Origin: an uncultured Acidobacteriota bacterium
GTDB lineage: Bacteria > Acidobacteriota > Terriglobia > Terriglobales > Acidobacteriaceae
Assembly: GCA_963745435.1 (NCBI GenBank)
Contig: CAVUXK010000026.1
Span: forward strand, 111,739-175,738
Reading direction: 5' to 3'
Length of the DNA stretch: 64,000 nt
The notes under the pieces were generated by a model. It saw only the letters and a program-made list of their open reading frames with translations. It was not told the origin of the DNA and did not search any database. The position numbers were made by a program, and so were the translations under genes. Position 1 is the stretch's first letter. Every line of letters starts with the position of its first letter. Shown one piece after another: positions 11,079 to 22,565 of the stretch.

Positions 11079-12462
11079 ATGTACCCCGAACTGCAAAAGG
11101 AGCTCGAAACATTCGAGCGCCGCACGCCGAAATCCGCCGAAGCCCATAAGCGTAACCTGAAGCGCCTGCCTCTCGGCGTCGCCAGCAACTATCGCGCTTA
11201 CGATCCCTATCCCATCTTTGTCAAAGAAGGGCAGGGCTCGCACTTCCGCGATCTCGACGGCAACGACTACGTCGATCACAACCTGTGCTTCGGCGCTCTG
11301 ATGGCGGGGCACTGCCATCCCGCGGTGATGAAGGCCGTCGAGAAGCGGCTTTCCAGCGGCACCATGTTCGGCATGCCGCACGACATGGAATGGCAGCTTG
11401 CCGAAGAAATCTGCAAACGCTTCCCGGTCGAGATGGTTCGCTTCGGCTCCAGCGGAACTGAAGCCACCATGCACGCGGTTCGCCTCGCTCGTGCAGCAAC
11501 CGGGCGAGACAAGATCCTCAAGTTCGAAGGCGGCTATCACGGACTGCACGACACGGCCCTAGTCAGCGTGAAGCCGCATGAGCCCGACTTCGGCGACATC
11601 AAGAACCCGGTTTCTGTTCCAGGTGGACTCGGCGTGCCGGCGGCTTCGATCGCGAACGTGCCGATTGCGACCTTCAATGATCTCGGTACGGTCGAGCGTC
11701 GCTTCCAGGAGAATCCCGGGCAGATCGCCGCGATCATTCTCGAGCCGATCCTGATGAACGTGGGCCTCTGCATGCCGCAACCAGGCTTCCTCGAAGGTCT
11801 ACGCGAAATCGCCACGAAGAACGGCGCGCTGCTTGATCTTCGACGAAGTGAAGACCGGCGCGAAGCTCGGCTGGGGCGGTGCTTCGGAATACTACGGCGT
11901 CAAGCCCGACATAATTTGCCTCGCCAAGTCGATTGGTGGCGGATTCCCGCTGGCCGCGTTTGGCACTCACAAGTCCGTGATGGACCTGATCTCGCAGCAC
12001 AAGGTCTTCCATGGCGGAACTTACAACACGAATCCGGTCTCGATGGCGGCGGGCCTGGCCACCTTCGCTGAAGTTCTGACGCGTGAAAACTATGCGCACG
12101 TCGAGAAGCTCAGCAAGAAGCTGGTCGACGGCTACAAGAAGATCATCGCCAAGGTCGGCCTGCAGGCCTACATCGCGCAAGCCGGAGCGAATGGCGCTCT
12201 CATGCTGTACCCGCAGGAGATCCGCAACTATCGCGACTGGCTGACGGTCGATGTAGACCTGTGGAGGCACTACTGGTTCGGCATGGTCAATCGCGGCGTG
12301 ATGGCGCAACCCTACTGGCAAGACGAGCAGTGGACGATGTCGGTGCAGCACACCGAAGCCGACATCGACAAGCACATCGCCGCCTTCGACGACATCGCCG
12401 CGTCGCTAGCGAAAGCGCAGCAGGAACGCGCCGGGAAAGCACCAGCTCTGGCCGCGCACTAG
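11079..12462 (+). pseudogene. Class-III (GSA-aminomutase-like) PLP aminotransferase; one indel at ~11835
   Basis: ORF 11079..12071 plus ORF 11833..12462. Motifs: GSSGTEATMHAVRLARAATGR, EPILMN, ICLAKSIGGGFPLAAFG (PLP lysine). Deleting g at 11835 restores NGALLIFDEVKTGAKLGWGG. Confidence 0.85.
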
Positions 12463-12521
12463 TTCGGTAGCGCCGCAGTCTCGGCGGCAGTCGTCAGGGG
12501 CGGCGGGGCGCTCGCCCGACT

Positions 12522-12538
12522 GCCGGCAAGATGCCGGC
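12522..12538. repeat. Small GC hairpin (GCCGGCA-aga-TGCCGGC)
   Basis: 7-bp perfect stem between the aminotransferase stop (12462) and the permease start (12599). It could act as a terminator or as a REP. Confidence 0.5.
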
Positions 12539-12598
12539 GCTACGAACTGCGTACGCGGAGATCAGCGTGACGCATATCGATGATCCGGGAGATGAGCA

Positions 12599-14040
12599 TT
12601 GTCTGATCAGAAACACGAACAGCCCCATCTGAAGCGTGTCCTGGGACGCTGGGATCTGGTGCTTTTGTTCGTAGTCGCGGTCTTTAATCTCAATGTCGTC
12701 CCTTCCATCGCAGCCAATGGCGGTGTAACGGTCTGGCTCTGGATCATCTCGCTTCTTCTTTTCTTCTGGCCGCAAGGCATCGCCGTGATCGAATTGGCAC
12801 AACGCTATCCGGGCGAGGGAGGCGTCTACCTGTGGGCCAAGGAAGTCTTCGGTGACTTCCACGGATTCCTCTCCGGCTGGTGTTACTGGACCAACAACAT
12901 GCTGTATGTGCCGACGGTCATGCTGTACTTCGTCGGCGTATCAGTCTTTGCCATGGGGTCGGGCCATGCCAGCCTGGCCGACAACAAGACATTCGCCATG
13001 GTCATGTCGCTTGCGCTGCTGGCTTTTCTCACCGTTCTCAACATCGTGGGACTCGGCGTCGGCAAGTGGCTGAACAACGTGGGCGCGATCGGGACATTTG
13101 TCGCCGCGGCGGTACTGATCGTTTTAGGCCTCACCATCTATCTTCGCTTCGGCACCACCGTGACGGCCAGCGACTTCCGCATTCCCGCAGACCCGCGCTT
13201 CGTCTTGAATTCGTTCGGAGTGATCTGCTTTGGACTGGTGGGCCTCGAACTCGCCTCGATCATGGGCGACGAGATCCGTGATCCTAAACGCACGCTACCG
13301 GGTGCAGTCGCGTGGGGCGGAGTGTTGTCGGGCGCGCTCTACATCGGAGCTACGCTGACTCTGCTGGTCTCGGTCCGCAAAGATGAAATCAGCGTTCTGC
13401 AAGGAATTGTGCAGTCGGTAAGCCATATGGCCGCCAAGGTTGGTGTCGGGTGGATCATCGCGCCCTTCGCCGTCATGCTGAGCCTGTCGATCGCGGGCAT
13501 CGGTTCGGCATGGATGGGCGGTTCGGCGCGTATCCCGTTCGTAGCGGGGCTCGATTCCTACATGCCCTCCTGGCTCGGGAAGATTCATCCAAAGTACGCG
13601 ACGCCGTACGCAGCGCTGATCGTGCAGGCGATCGTTTCGGCGATTCTCGTCGTAATTAATTTTTATGCTTCCGGAGGGGTTCAGGAAGCCTTTCAAAGGA
13701 TGCTGTCTCTGGCGGTCGTACTGCAGTTGGTGCCGTTTCTGTATGTGTTCGCCGCGTTGCTGAAGTTCGCATTCCGAAGGCAACTCGAGGGCGGTCGCTA
13801 TAGTCGTGGCACGCTATCTATTTGCGGGAGGCGCCGGCTTCATCACGACCACGCCTCGGCATCGCGCTGGCATTCTTCCCGGCGAAGCAGATCACTTCGG
13901 TGTGGAAGTACGAAGTCAGCATGATCGGTATCACGCTCGCCTTTTTGTTGCTGGCGGTGTTTTTCTTTTTCGTTTATGGAAGGCTGAAGTCACCGCGAAA
14001 CTCGGCCGTCGAGCAGGTCGAAGTAGTGCGGTCCGCGTGA
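12599..14040 (+). pseudogene. APC-family amino-acid/polyamine permease; two indels near 13803 and 13855
   Basis: ORF 12599..13924 (TTG start, GGAG 8 nt upstream) has about 11 TM helices. The last helices continue in ORFs 13806..14054 (ARYLFAGGAGFITT) and 13822..14040 (LGIALAFFPAKQITSVWKYEVSMIGITLAFLLLAVFFFFVYG). Confidence 0.75.
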
Positions 14041-14070
14041 AGCGAAGTTATTAAGTTTTTGGAGAACGAT

Positions 14071-15553
14071 ATGCCCAGTGGAGTTCAAGCCGACGTCAAG
14101 ACCTACCAGATGTTCATCAACGGCGAATGGGTCGCCAGCAAATCGGCGAAGACTTTTCCGGTTTACGATCCTTCTTCCGAAGAAATCATCGCGCAAGTTG
14201 CTGACGCCAATGCCGACGACGTGAACCGCGCGGTTGCCGCAGCGAAAGCCGCTTTCGAAGACGGCCCGTGGGCCACCACCACCGCGCAGGAACGAGGCCG
14301 CGTTCTTTTCCGTCTGGCCGAGAAGATCCGCCAGAACCTGCCCGATGCTGGCCGAACTCGAATGCCGCAACACCGGCAAGCCGATCGTCGAAGCCGAGTA
14401 CGACATGAACGACACGGCCACCTGTTTCGAATACTACGGTGGACTAGCCACCAAGATTCTTGGCTTCGTCAACCCGGTGCCCGATAACGCGGTGAGCCTT
14501 ACGCTGAAAGAACCGATCGGGATTGCCGGACAAATCATTCCGTGGAATTATCCGCTTCTGATGGCTGCATGGAAACTCGCTCCGGCGCTCGCCGCTGGAT
14601 GTACCTGCGTGCTCAAACCAGCTGAGCAGACCCCGCTGACTGCCCTCGAATTCGCCAACTGGTTTGCGGATGCCGGACTTCCTCCGGGCGTCGTCAACAT
14701 CATCACAGGGTTTGGCGAGACGGCCGGCGCGCCGCTTGTGCAGCATCCGGACGTTAACAAGATCGCCTTCACGGGCAGCGCCGCCGTGGGCAAGATTATC
14801 GTGAAGCAGGCCGCCGACACCGTGAAGCGCGTGACGCTCGAACTGGGCGGCAAGTCGCCAAACATCTTCTTTGCCGACGCCGATTTCGAAGCCGCCATCG
14901 ACGGCGCTCTATTCGGTGTGTTCATCAACCAGGGAGAAGTCTGCTCGGCCGGTAGCCGCATTCTGGTCCAGAAGTCGATCTACAAGAAGTTCGTCGATGC
15001 GATGGCTGAGAAAGCGAAGAGGATCAAGCTGGGTGCTCCGCTCGACCGCGACACCAAGATGGGGCCGCTGGTGAGCAAGGATCAATACGACCGCGTGCGC
15101 TCCTACATGGAAATCGGCAAGAAAGAAGCGAAGGTGGCTTTCGGAGGGAATCGGGCCGAGCAGTTCGCCAAGGGCTACTACGTGCAGCCGACCATCTTCT
15201 ACGACGTCGATAATTCCGCTCGCATCGCGCGTGAAGAAATTTTCGGTCCCGTTGCAGCGGTAATTCCGTTCGAGGACGAGAAAGACGCGGTCAAGATCGC
15301 AAACGATTCTCCCTACGGCCTGGCCGCTGCCGTCTGGACGCGCGACATCTACAAGGCCTTTCGCGCGGTGAAGGCTTTGCGCGCTGGCATCGTGTGGGTC
15401 AACCACATGCAGCCTACCTACGTCGAGGCGCCCTGGGGTGGCTACAAGCAGTCAGGCTTTGGCCGCGAGCTCGGCCCGTGGGGCATTGAGGAATATCTCG
15501 AGACCAAGCAGGTCCACATCAATCTGAACGAAGCACCAATCGGATGGTACTGA
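14071..15553 (+). pseudogene. NAD-dependent aminoaldehyde (betaine/gamma-aminobutyraldehyde-type) dehydrogenase; one indel at 14341-14343
   Basis: ATG at 14071 with GGAGA at 14061. ORF 14059..14487 plus ORF 14234..15553. Motifs: IIPWNYPLLMAAWKLAPALAAG, ELGGKSP, GEVCSAGSR (catalytic Cys). Deleting one c of ccc at 14341-43 restores IRQNLPMLAELECRNTGKPI. Confidence 0.85.
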
Positions 15554-15554
15554 G

Positions 15555-16919
15555 ATGGCAACGATTCAACTGAAGACGCAGATTCCCGGTCCGAAATCAA
15601 AAGCGCTCGGGGAGCGCCGCTCCAACGCCGTGCCGCGCGGTCTTTCGCATGCCACGCCCATCTATGTCGCCAAGACGGAAGGCGCGATCCTCGAAGACGT
15701 CGACGGCAATCGCTACATTGATTTTGCCGGAGGCATTGGTTGCCTGAACACCGGCCACCGCGCTCCGGGCGTCCTTACAGCAATCGAGCGGCAGCTCGAT
15801 AAATTTCTCCACACGTGCGTACAGGTCACGCCCTACGAAAGCTACATCCGGCTGGCTGAGCGGATGAATCAGGTCACGCCCGGAGACTTTCCGAAGAAGA
15901 CTTTGTTCGTAAACAGCGGCGCGGAAGCGGTCGAAAACGCAGTGAAGATTGCGCGAGCCGCCACCGGTCGCCCCGGCATCATCGCATTCGAAGATGCGTT
16001 TCACGGGCGCACCATGATGGCGCTCTCGCTCACCAGCAAGACACATCCTTATAAAGCGGGATTTCAGCCCTTCCCGGGCGAGGTGTACCGCATCCCGTAC
16101 GCTTATTGCTACCGTTGCTCTTATTCGCTGAAGTATCCGTCTTGCGATCTCTATTGCGCGCGCCATCTCGAAGACACGTTCAAGCGTGTGGTTGCGCAGG
16201 AGGGCGTGGCTGCGGTCATTGCAGAGCCGGTTCTGGGCGAAGGCGGCTTCGTCGCTCCCCCCTTGGATTACTTCCGCACCTTGATCGACATCTGCCACAA
16301 GCATGGCGTCCTGTTTATCGCCGACGAAGTGCAGACAGGTTTCGGTCGCACCGGAGCGCTGTTCGCGTGCGAGCGCTACGGCATCGAGCCCGACATCATC
16401 ATCACCGCCAAGTCCATTGGTGGAGGCCTTCCGCTCGCCGCCATCACTGGCCGCGCCGAAATTATGGATGCCCCCGGCCCCGGCGGACTCGGAGGAACAT
16501 TCGCTGGAAATCCGGTGGCCTGCGAAGCTGCCCTCGCCGTCCTCGACATGTTCGAGCAGCAAGACTTAAACGCGCGCGCCAACGAATTGGGCGAGCAATT
16601 TCAGAAGCGAGCTCGCGTCTGGCAAAAACGCTGGCCCATAATCGGTGAAGTGCGCGGCCTCGGTGCCATGCAAGCTCTAGAGCTTGTACAGTCACAGGAC
16701 AAACGCGAACCGGCTACCGAAGATACGAAAGCCATCACACAGTATTGCTACGAACACGGTGTGATCACGATCTCTGCCGGCACGTACGGCAACATCATTC
16801 GTCTGCTGATGCCACTTGTGATCACCGACAATCAAATGGACGAAGCGCTTGACGTGCTGGAGGGCGCGCTGAAGACCGTTTACGAAAAGAAACACGAAGC
16901 GGCTGCGCAGCCGGTGTAA
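15555..16919 (+). CDS. gabT: 4-aminobutyrate aminotransferase (class-III PLP enzyme)
   Basis: Intact 454-aa ORF. It reads GPKSKAL..AVPRG..YIDFAGGIGCLNTGH..FIADEVQTGFGRTG..IITAKSIGGGLPLAA, collinear with GabT. The start lies 2 nt after the upstream stop. Confidence 0.85.
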   Translation: MATIQLKTQIPGPKSKALGERRSNAVPRGLSHATPIYVAKTEGAILEDVDGNRYIDFAGGIGCLNTGHRAPGVLTAIERQLDKFLHTCVQVTPYESYIRLAERMNQVTPGDFPKKTLFVNSGAEAVENAVKIARAATGRPGIIAFEDAFHGRTMMALSLTSKTHPYKAGFQPFPGEVYRIPYAYCYRCSYSLKYPSCDLYCARHLEDTFKRVVAQEGVAAVIAEPVLGEGGFVAPPLDYFRTLIDICHKHGVLFIADEVQTGFGRTGALFACERYGIEPDIIITAKSIGGGLPLAAITGRAEIMDAPGPGGLGGTFAGNPVACEAALAVLDMFEQQDLNARANELGEQFQKRARVWQKRWPIIGEVRGLGAMQALELVQSQDKREPATEDTKAITQYCYEHGVITISAGTYGNIIRLLMPLVITDNQMDEALDVLEGALKTVYEKKHEAAAQPV

Positions 16920-17006
16920 TCTAAGAGGCAAACGTAAAGCGCCGGCAAGCCAGGTCCTGTCCTGTCGCGCACGATATTCTTCACGATAGCTGAGGCAAAA
17001 CCTACC

Positions 17007-18497
17007 ATGAGTACTGCCATCATCACGGAAGCAAAAGTTCCGCACTACATCGACGGTCAGTGGGTTGAGTCGAACGCCCGCGAATGGTCCGAGATCATTA
17101 ATCCCGCCACCGGCGAAAGTCTCGGCAAAGTTCCTATTTCAGACGCGGCCGAAGTCACCAAGGCCATCGATGCCGCGGCGGCCGCGTATCCCGCGTGGCG
17201 CCGCACGCCGCCGGAAGACCGCATCCAGCCGCTCTTCAAACTGAAGAATCTTCTTGAACAGCACGTCGACGACATCAGCCGCCTCATCACCCAGGAAAAC
17301 GGCAAGACCTTTACCGAAGCCAAAGCCGAGATGCGCCGCGCCATCGAGAACGTCGAAGTCGCCTGCGGCATTCCGACCATGATGCAGGGCTACAACCTCG
17401 AAGATGTCGCGCGTGGCATCGACGAGATGATGATCCGCCAGCCGCTGGGCGTAACCGCAGCCATCGTGCCGTTCAACTTCCCGGGGATGATCGCTTTCTG
17501 GTTCCTGCCCTACGCGATCGCGACCGGCAACACTTTCATCCTGAAGCCCTCCGAGCGCGTACCGTTAACGATGCGCTACGTCTACGAACTTCTCGAAAAG
17601 ACAGGACTGCCTAAGGGCGTCGTCAATCTCGTGAACGGCGGCAAGGTTGCGGTCGATACGCTCATCGACGATCCGCGCGTGCGCGCCATCAGCTTCGTTG
17701 GATCGACTCCCGTCGCCCGCTACATCTACGCGCGCTCCGGAGAAAAAGGCAAGCGTGCCCAGTGCCAGGGCGGCGCGAAGAATCCCGTGATCGTCCTGCC
17801 CGACGCCGACATGCAGATGGCCACACAGATCATCGCCGACAGCGCCTTCGGATGTGCAGGCCAGCGCTGCCTCGCCGTCTCGGTAGCGGTCACGATCGGC
17901 GACGCGCAGAAGACCTTCCGCGACGCCATCGCCGACTCAGCCTCGAATTTGCGCGTAGGCAACGGGCTCGACGAAGGCGTGCAAATGGGGCCCGTCATCA
18001 CCAAGCAGAGTAAAGACCGCATCGAGTCCCTCATCGGTGTGGGCGAGAAACAGGGCGCCAAAGTTCTGGTTGACGGACGCAACCCGAAAATTCCGCGGCA
18101 CGAGAAGGGCAATTTCGTGAAGCCAACCATTCTCGATTCCGTGCCCGCAACCAGCGACCTCTCGCACACGGAAATCTTCGGACCCGTTTTGAGCCTGGTT
18201 CACGCCAACGACATGGACGAAGCTATGGCCTTCCTTGAGCGCAATCCCTACGGCAATCAGGCATCGCTGTTCACATCGAGCGGAGCCGCCGCGCGCCGCT
18301 TCCGCTACGAAGCGCCTGCCGGAAACATCGGCATCAACATCGGCGTAGCCGCCCCGATGGCGTACTTCCCGTTCAGCGGCTGGAAAGACAGCTTCTTCGG
18401 CATAATGCACGGCCAGGGCCGCGACTCGGTCGAGTTCTACACCGAGAAAAAAGTAGTGGTCGAGCGCTGGGCCAAAGAGCATTCACGGAAGTTCTAA
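17007..18497 (+). CDS. mmsA: CoA-acylating methylmalonate/malonate-semialdehyde dehydrogenase
   Basis: Intact 496-aa ORF. Catalytic region [10 protein letters not shown]. The MmsA-type C-terminus reads [33 protein letters not shown]. Confidence 0.85.
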   Translation: MSTAIITEAKVPHYIDGQWVESNAREWSEIINPATGESLGKVPISDAAEVTKAIDAAAAAYPAWRRTPPEDRIQPLFKLKNLLEQHVDDISRLITQENGKTFTEAKAEMRRAIENVEVACGIPTMMQGYNLEDVARGIDEMMIRQPLGVTAAIVPFNFPGMIAFWFLPYAIATGNTFILKPSERVPLTMRYVYELLEKTGLPKGVVNLVNGGKVAVDTLIDDPRVRAISFVGSTPVARYIYARSGEKGKRAQCQGGAKNPVIVLPDADMQMATQIIADSAFGCAGQRCLAVSVAVTIGDAQKTFRDAIADSASNLRVGNGLDEGVQMGPVITKQSKDRIESLIGVGEKQGAKVLVDGRNPKIPRHEKGNFVKPTILDSVPATSDLSHTEIFGPVLSLVHANDMDEAMAFLERNPYGNQASLFTSSGAAARRFRYEAPAGNIGINIGVAAPMAYFPFSGWKDSFFGIMHGQGRDSVEFYTEKKVVVERWAKEHSRKF

Positions 18498-18504
18498 CCT
18501 TTGT

Positions 18505-18534
18505 CGATGGAGCGACGGGCGTCCTCGCCCGTCG
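18505..18534. repeat. REP-like hairpin, family A (GATGGAGCGACGGGCG-loop-CGCCCGTCG)
   Basis: cgatggagCGACGGGCGtcctCGCCCGTCG: a 9-bp stem starting 8 nt after the mmsA stop. Confidence 0.8.
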
Positions 18535-18560
18535 AACTCCAGGGAGTTTTCGAAGCCATC

Positions 18561-19899
18561 ATGACTACTGCCACCGCCACACCCCCAATGACCGGCCAGG
18601 AGATCGTCGACCTCACCAAGAAGCACACACTATTCGAGTGGTCTGCACAATCGAAGGTCGACCCCATCCCCGTCGCCCGTGCGAAGGGCATCTATTTCTG
18701 GACGCCGGAAGGGAAGCGCTTCATCGACTTCAATAGTCAGTTGATGAGCGTCAACATCGGACACGGAGATGAGCGCGTCATTCAAGCGATCAACGAACAA
18801 GTGGCCACCCTCGCCTACGCGAATCCCTTCATGGCGACCGAACCGCGTGCGCGCCTGGGCGCGAAGCTCGCCGAAATCACGCCCGGTGATATCGACACTT
18901 TCTTCTTTACCAACGGCGGTGCCGAAGCCAACGAGAATGCCATCAAGTTGGCCCGCTTCTTTACCGGGCGGCACAAGATCATGGCGCGTTACCGGTCCTA
19001 CCACGGTGCGACCGCAGGTGCGATCTCATTAACGGGCGATCCGCGGCGTTGGGCCGCGGAACCCGGGATCCCAGGTGTAGTTCGCGTGCTCGATCCCTAT
19101 CACGGCATCGAACGGGGCTGGGAATCGGCCGAGACTTCGCTGGCGATGATCGAAGAAACGATGCAACTCGAAGGCCCGCACACCATCGCCGCCTTCATCC
19201 TTGAGACCGTCGTCGGTACCAATGGCATCCTTATTCCACCCGACGGTTATATGCAGGGCGTGCGCAAGCTGTGCGACAAGTACGGCATTCTGATGATCGC
19301 CGACGAAGTGATGGCTGGCTTTGGCCGCACGGGCGAGTGGTTCGCCATCGACCACTGGAAAGTCGTGCCCGACCTGATTTGCATGGCCAAGGGACTCACG
19401 TCGAGCTACCTGCCGCTGGGCGCCGTCGGCATGCGCCACCACATCGCCCAACATTTCCAGGACAAGGTCTTCTACGGCGGCCTGACCTACAACAGCCATC
19501 CGATGGGCTGCGCCGCCGCTCTCGCCACCATTCGCGTGTACGAAGAAGACAAACTGATCGAAAACACGCGCAAGATGGGCGCGGTTCTCAAAGAACTGGG
19601 TGCAGAGATGCAGAAGAAGCATCCGTCGGTAGGCGCGGTGCGCTCGATCGGTCTGTTCGGCATTTTCGAACTGATTCGCAACCGGAAGACCAAGCAGCCG
19701 ATGGCGCCCTTCAACGGAACGTCGGAAGAGATGGCCGCACTCGGAAAGTTCTTCCGCGAAAACGGACTCTACACGCTGGTCCGTTGGAACACTTTCTACA
19801 CGAATCCACCGCTTATGCATTAACGAGCAGCAACTCCGCGAAGCCTTTGCCATCATCGACAAGGGCCTCGAGATCACAGACAAAGCTGTGACGGATTAG
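18561..19899 (+). pseudogene. Omega-amino-acid (beta-alanine/taurine-type):pyruvate aminotransferase, class III; one indel at ~19815
   Basis: The probable start is ATG 18561 (MTTATATPP, AGGGAG upstream); the ORF-track start at 18501 lies inside a REP hairpin. PLP lysine in ICMAKGLTSSYLPLG. The ORF stops at PPLMH (19823), but the next frame continues NEQQLREAFAIIDKGLEITDKAVTD to TAG at 19897-19899, which is the normal family C-terminus. Confidence 0.85.
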
Positions 19900-19919
19900 T
19901 CTCTCCTTCGCATCCGCAG

Positions 19920-19947
19920 GCCGAGGCGACGCGTCTTCCGCCTCGGC
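19920..19947 (+). terminator. Hairpin downstream of the aminotransferase gene
   Basis: GCCGAGGCG (19920-28), 10-nt loop, CGCCTCGGC (19939-47), followed by TTGTGATG. It begins 21 nt after the reconstructed stop. Confidence 0.45.
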
Positions 19948-20265
19948 TTGTGATGCAAGTCACATGCACGTGTGACAAGTGCACCTGCCGCACTCTTTCT
20001 CCCCGGCAATACTCCCAGCAATGCAGACAGAGAGGTCCGCTTTCGGGGTTCTCTGGTGCGCTAGGAGTGATCAAGTGGAAAGACTGAGAGTGATCTGGAG
20101 AAATCCCAAGCCCGCGCCTCGTAAGCGCCGCTGGCACGAACTGGCCGCCAATGTGGGCCGTCGCCTGTTTGTGGTCGAAGAGTTGGTTCAGGGCCAGGAG
20201 AATCGCTGGGCTCGCACGATTGCCCTCGAGTTGATTACCTTCCGGCGGAGAGTAGCCTGACTGAG

Positions 20266-21236
20266 TTAAGGACCAGCTTGGACTGGTTCCGCCGGCTGAT
20301 AGAGCTCGGGAATTCCGGCCACGGCCTTCGCCTCTGGTGGTTTTACGTGCAGCTGTTCGCACAAGAATGTGACCCGGTCGCGCGTTGCCTCCGCGTTCAG
20401 AGCATGCGGCGCATCATAGATTTTCAGTTTCTTCGGTTCGCTCACGACGGCCGCGTAGGCGCGCGCACGATCGGGATTCAAAAACTTCTCTTGTGCGCCA
20501 TATTGTAGAAAGATGGTGGCTGGCGCGGCATGCGCAACAAACAGTCCTGGATCAAGCCATCCGTTCTTTGCAATGAACGCGTCGAATTTCTCCGCACCAA
20601 CCTTCTCCCGATACTGCTTCAGATCCTCGCTCTGCAAGTCCAGCGCATCCGACAATCCGCCAGCCATCAGCACGAAGGCCTTGAAACGCTTGTCGACTCC
20701 GCTGAGAGTTCCGCCGACGCCTGCGTTGTAGCTGTGCCCGACAAACGCTAAGCGTGCCGGATCGACATCGGCAGCGTGCCAGCAGCAGATCTGCGCCTCG
20801 CCGCATGTCCACGATGGCCTGAATCAGTTCTGGCGTTTCCGCATCGTTGAGAGGGGCGTTGTTCTCGACGTGGCCGGGTCTGGCGATCGGTCCATCGGGC
20901 AGCAACGACACGACACCGGAATGCGCCAGGACAATGGCCTCGTCGAGAAACTCGGAGCGGTTGCGCATCGATGAATTCGACCAGTACCAGTGTCCCCACA
21001 GCACGGCCGCGAACGGACCCTTGCCCTCCGGCACCACCAGGTATGCCGGAACGCGGCCGCCTTTCGGGCTGGCGTAGGAGATGTCATGAACCGACTACGT
21101 TGCCCCACTTTTCGACGGACACTTCTTTCACGTCGAGCGGGGCATTGTGATCGTAGTCCAGGCGTTTGACCGACTCGGGATCCTGCGCAAGCAGTGGCAG
21201 AGCGATCACAAGAATGACTCCCAATAGGGATCGCAT
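20266..21236 (-). pseudogene. Secreted alpha/beta hydrolase (dienelactone-hydrolase-like); at least 2 indels
   Basis: ATG at 21236 gives MRSLLGVILVIALPLLAQ (signal peptide), which hits a stop after ~50 codons. The gene continues in ORF 20552..21037 (PAYLVVPEGKGPFAAVLWGHWYW) and ORF 20266..20673. A nucleophile-elbow-like FVGHSYNAG is readable in a third frame near 20740. Confidence 0.65.
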
Positions 21237-21284
21237 GATGGCACTCCGTTGAACACGGGCGGGGCGCCCGCGCTACACACAAAG

Positions 21285-22469
21285 TTATTTGGTCAGACGA
21301 TTGTACTTCTTCAGCACCTCGCGCAGACGATCGTGGGGCAACGCTATGACTTCGAAATCGTTAATCCCTTTCATCGTTTCGGCGGCCACCATGGCATTGA
21401 TGACGGCCTCCTCGGTTGCCTGCACGGTCGCCAGGAAGAGCGGGTTAATATCCTCGTTGGGAAGCATCGTGATCTGCCGCAGCCCTTTGGACTTGGCGGC
21501 TTCGGGATTTGCTGTTGAAAACGCGACGAAAATATCGCCCGACCCATCTCCGGAAAAACTGCCGTCGCGTCCCAGCCCGAGCGAGACTCGCCTCACCAAA
21601 CGTTTCAACTGCGTCGGAATCAAGGGTGCATCCGTGGCGACCACCACGATGATCGATCCCACATCGTTATCGCGAACTTTGTGATCCGGGATCTCGCGGC
21701 CTACCGGGACGCCGGCAATGCGCAACTGGCTTCGCCATCCATAATTGCACTGCACGAGCACGCCAACCGTATAGCCTCCATACTTTGCGTCGAGCACGCG
21801 CGACGCGGTTCCAATCCCTCCCTTGAATTCGTTGCAGACCATGCCCGTTCCGCCGCCCACATTGCCTTCCTCGACGGCACCGCCATGAGCGCTATCCAGC
21901 GCGTGCCAGGCGTGCTCCGGCTTCACGTGGAAACCGTTGATGTCGTTCAGATCTCCGTCGTAGGTTTCCGCCACCACCGGCAGCGACCAGTCATAGCCAT
22001 TCTGATCAGGCGGAGCTTTTTTTACCCGCCACGCGATGACCGCGTCGCGTACCACTCCGACGCTGTGCGTGTTCGTGATCATCACCGGCCCGTCCAGAAA
22101 GCCGGAATCCTCCAGCCATGTCGTGCCCGTCATCTCGCCATTGCCATTCAGCGTGAACCAGGCGCCGAAGACCGGGTCGGTGGAATCCTTGCCGCGCGGC
22201 AACACTGCCGTCACCCCGGTCCGCACCGGGCCCTGGCCGACCACCAGCTTTCCCGATCCTGAGATCAGCGTGGTATGTCCCACCTCGACGCCTTTCACGT
22301 CCGTGATCGCGTTGTACGGCCCGGGTGTTCCATCAAAGGGCACTCCGAGGTCGCGAGCCCGAGGCTTGACTTGCGCCATCGATTTCGGAGCACAAAACCC
22401 CAAAAGAAGTACAGCGACGAGCGCGACCAGCGACGCCGAACGAGCGAACGGGTGGGGCCTGGCGATCAT
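21285..22469 (-). CDS. Secreted DmpA/BapA-type (peptidase S58, P1 family) aminopeptidase
   Basis: Intact 394-aa ORF with an N-terminal signal peptide (ASLVALVAVLLLGFCAPKSMAQ). S58-like body: NAITDV.GV.VGHTT..NVGGGTGMVCNEFKGGIGTAS..IIVVVATDAPL. Confidence 0.75.
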   Translation of the reverse strand: MIARPHPFARSASLVALVAVLLLGFCAPKSMAQVKPRARDLGVPFDGTPGPYNAITDVKGVEVGHTTLISGSGKLVVGQGPVRTGVTAVLPRGKDSTDPVFGAWFTLNGNGEMTGTTWLEDSGFLDGPVMITNTHSVGVVRDAVIAWRVKKAPPDQNGYDWSLPVVAETYDGDLNDINGFHVKPEHAWHALDSAHGGAVEEGNVGGGTGMVCNEFKGGIGTASRVLDAKYGGYTVGVLVQCNYGWRSQLRIAGVPVGREIPDHKVRDNDVGSIIVVVATDAPLIPTQLKRLVRRVSLGLGRDGSFSGDGSGDIFVAFSTANPEAAKSKGLRQITMLPNEDINPLFLATVQATEEAVINAMVAAETMKGINDFEVIALPHDRLREVLKKYNRLTK

Positions 22470-22565
22470 GGATATCTCCAGAATCCTTGATGATTAACGT
22501 AACGGCTCGCGAAGTATAAAGCACAGGTCTGGCCCCGGGGTTAGAATCGTGCTTCAGGGGGCTGC

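Noticed and set aside
13805-13825. TGGCACGCTATCTATTTGC as a sigma-54 promoter
   Set aside because: The GG-GC spacing is 4 nt too long, and the site is inside the APC permease coding region.
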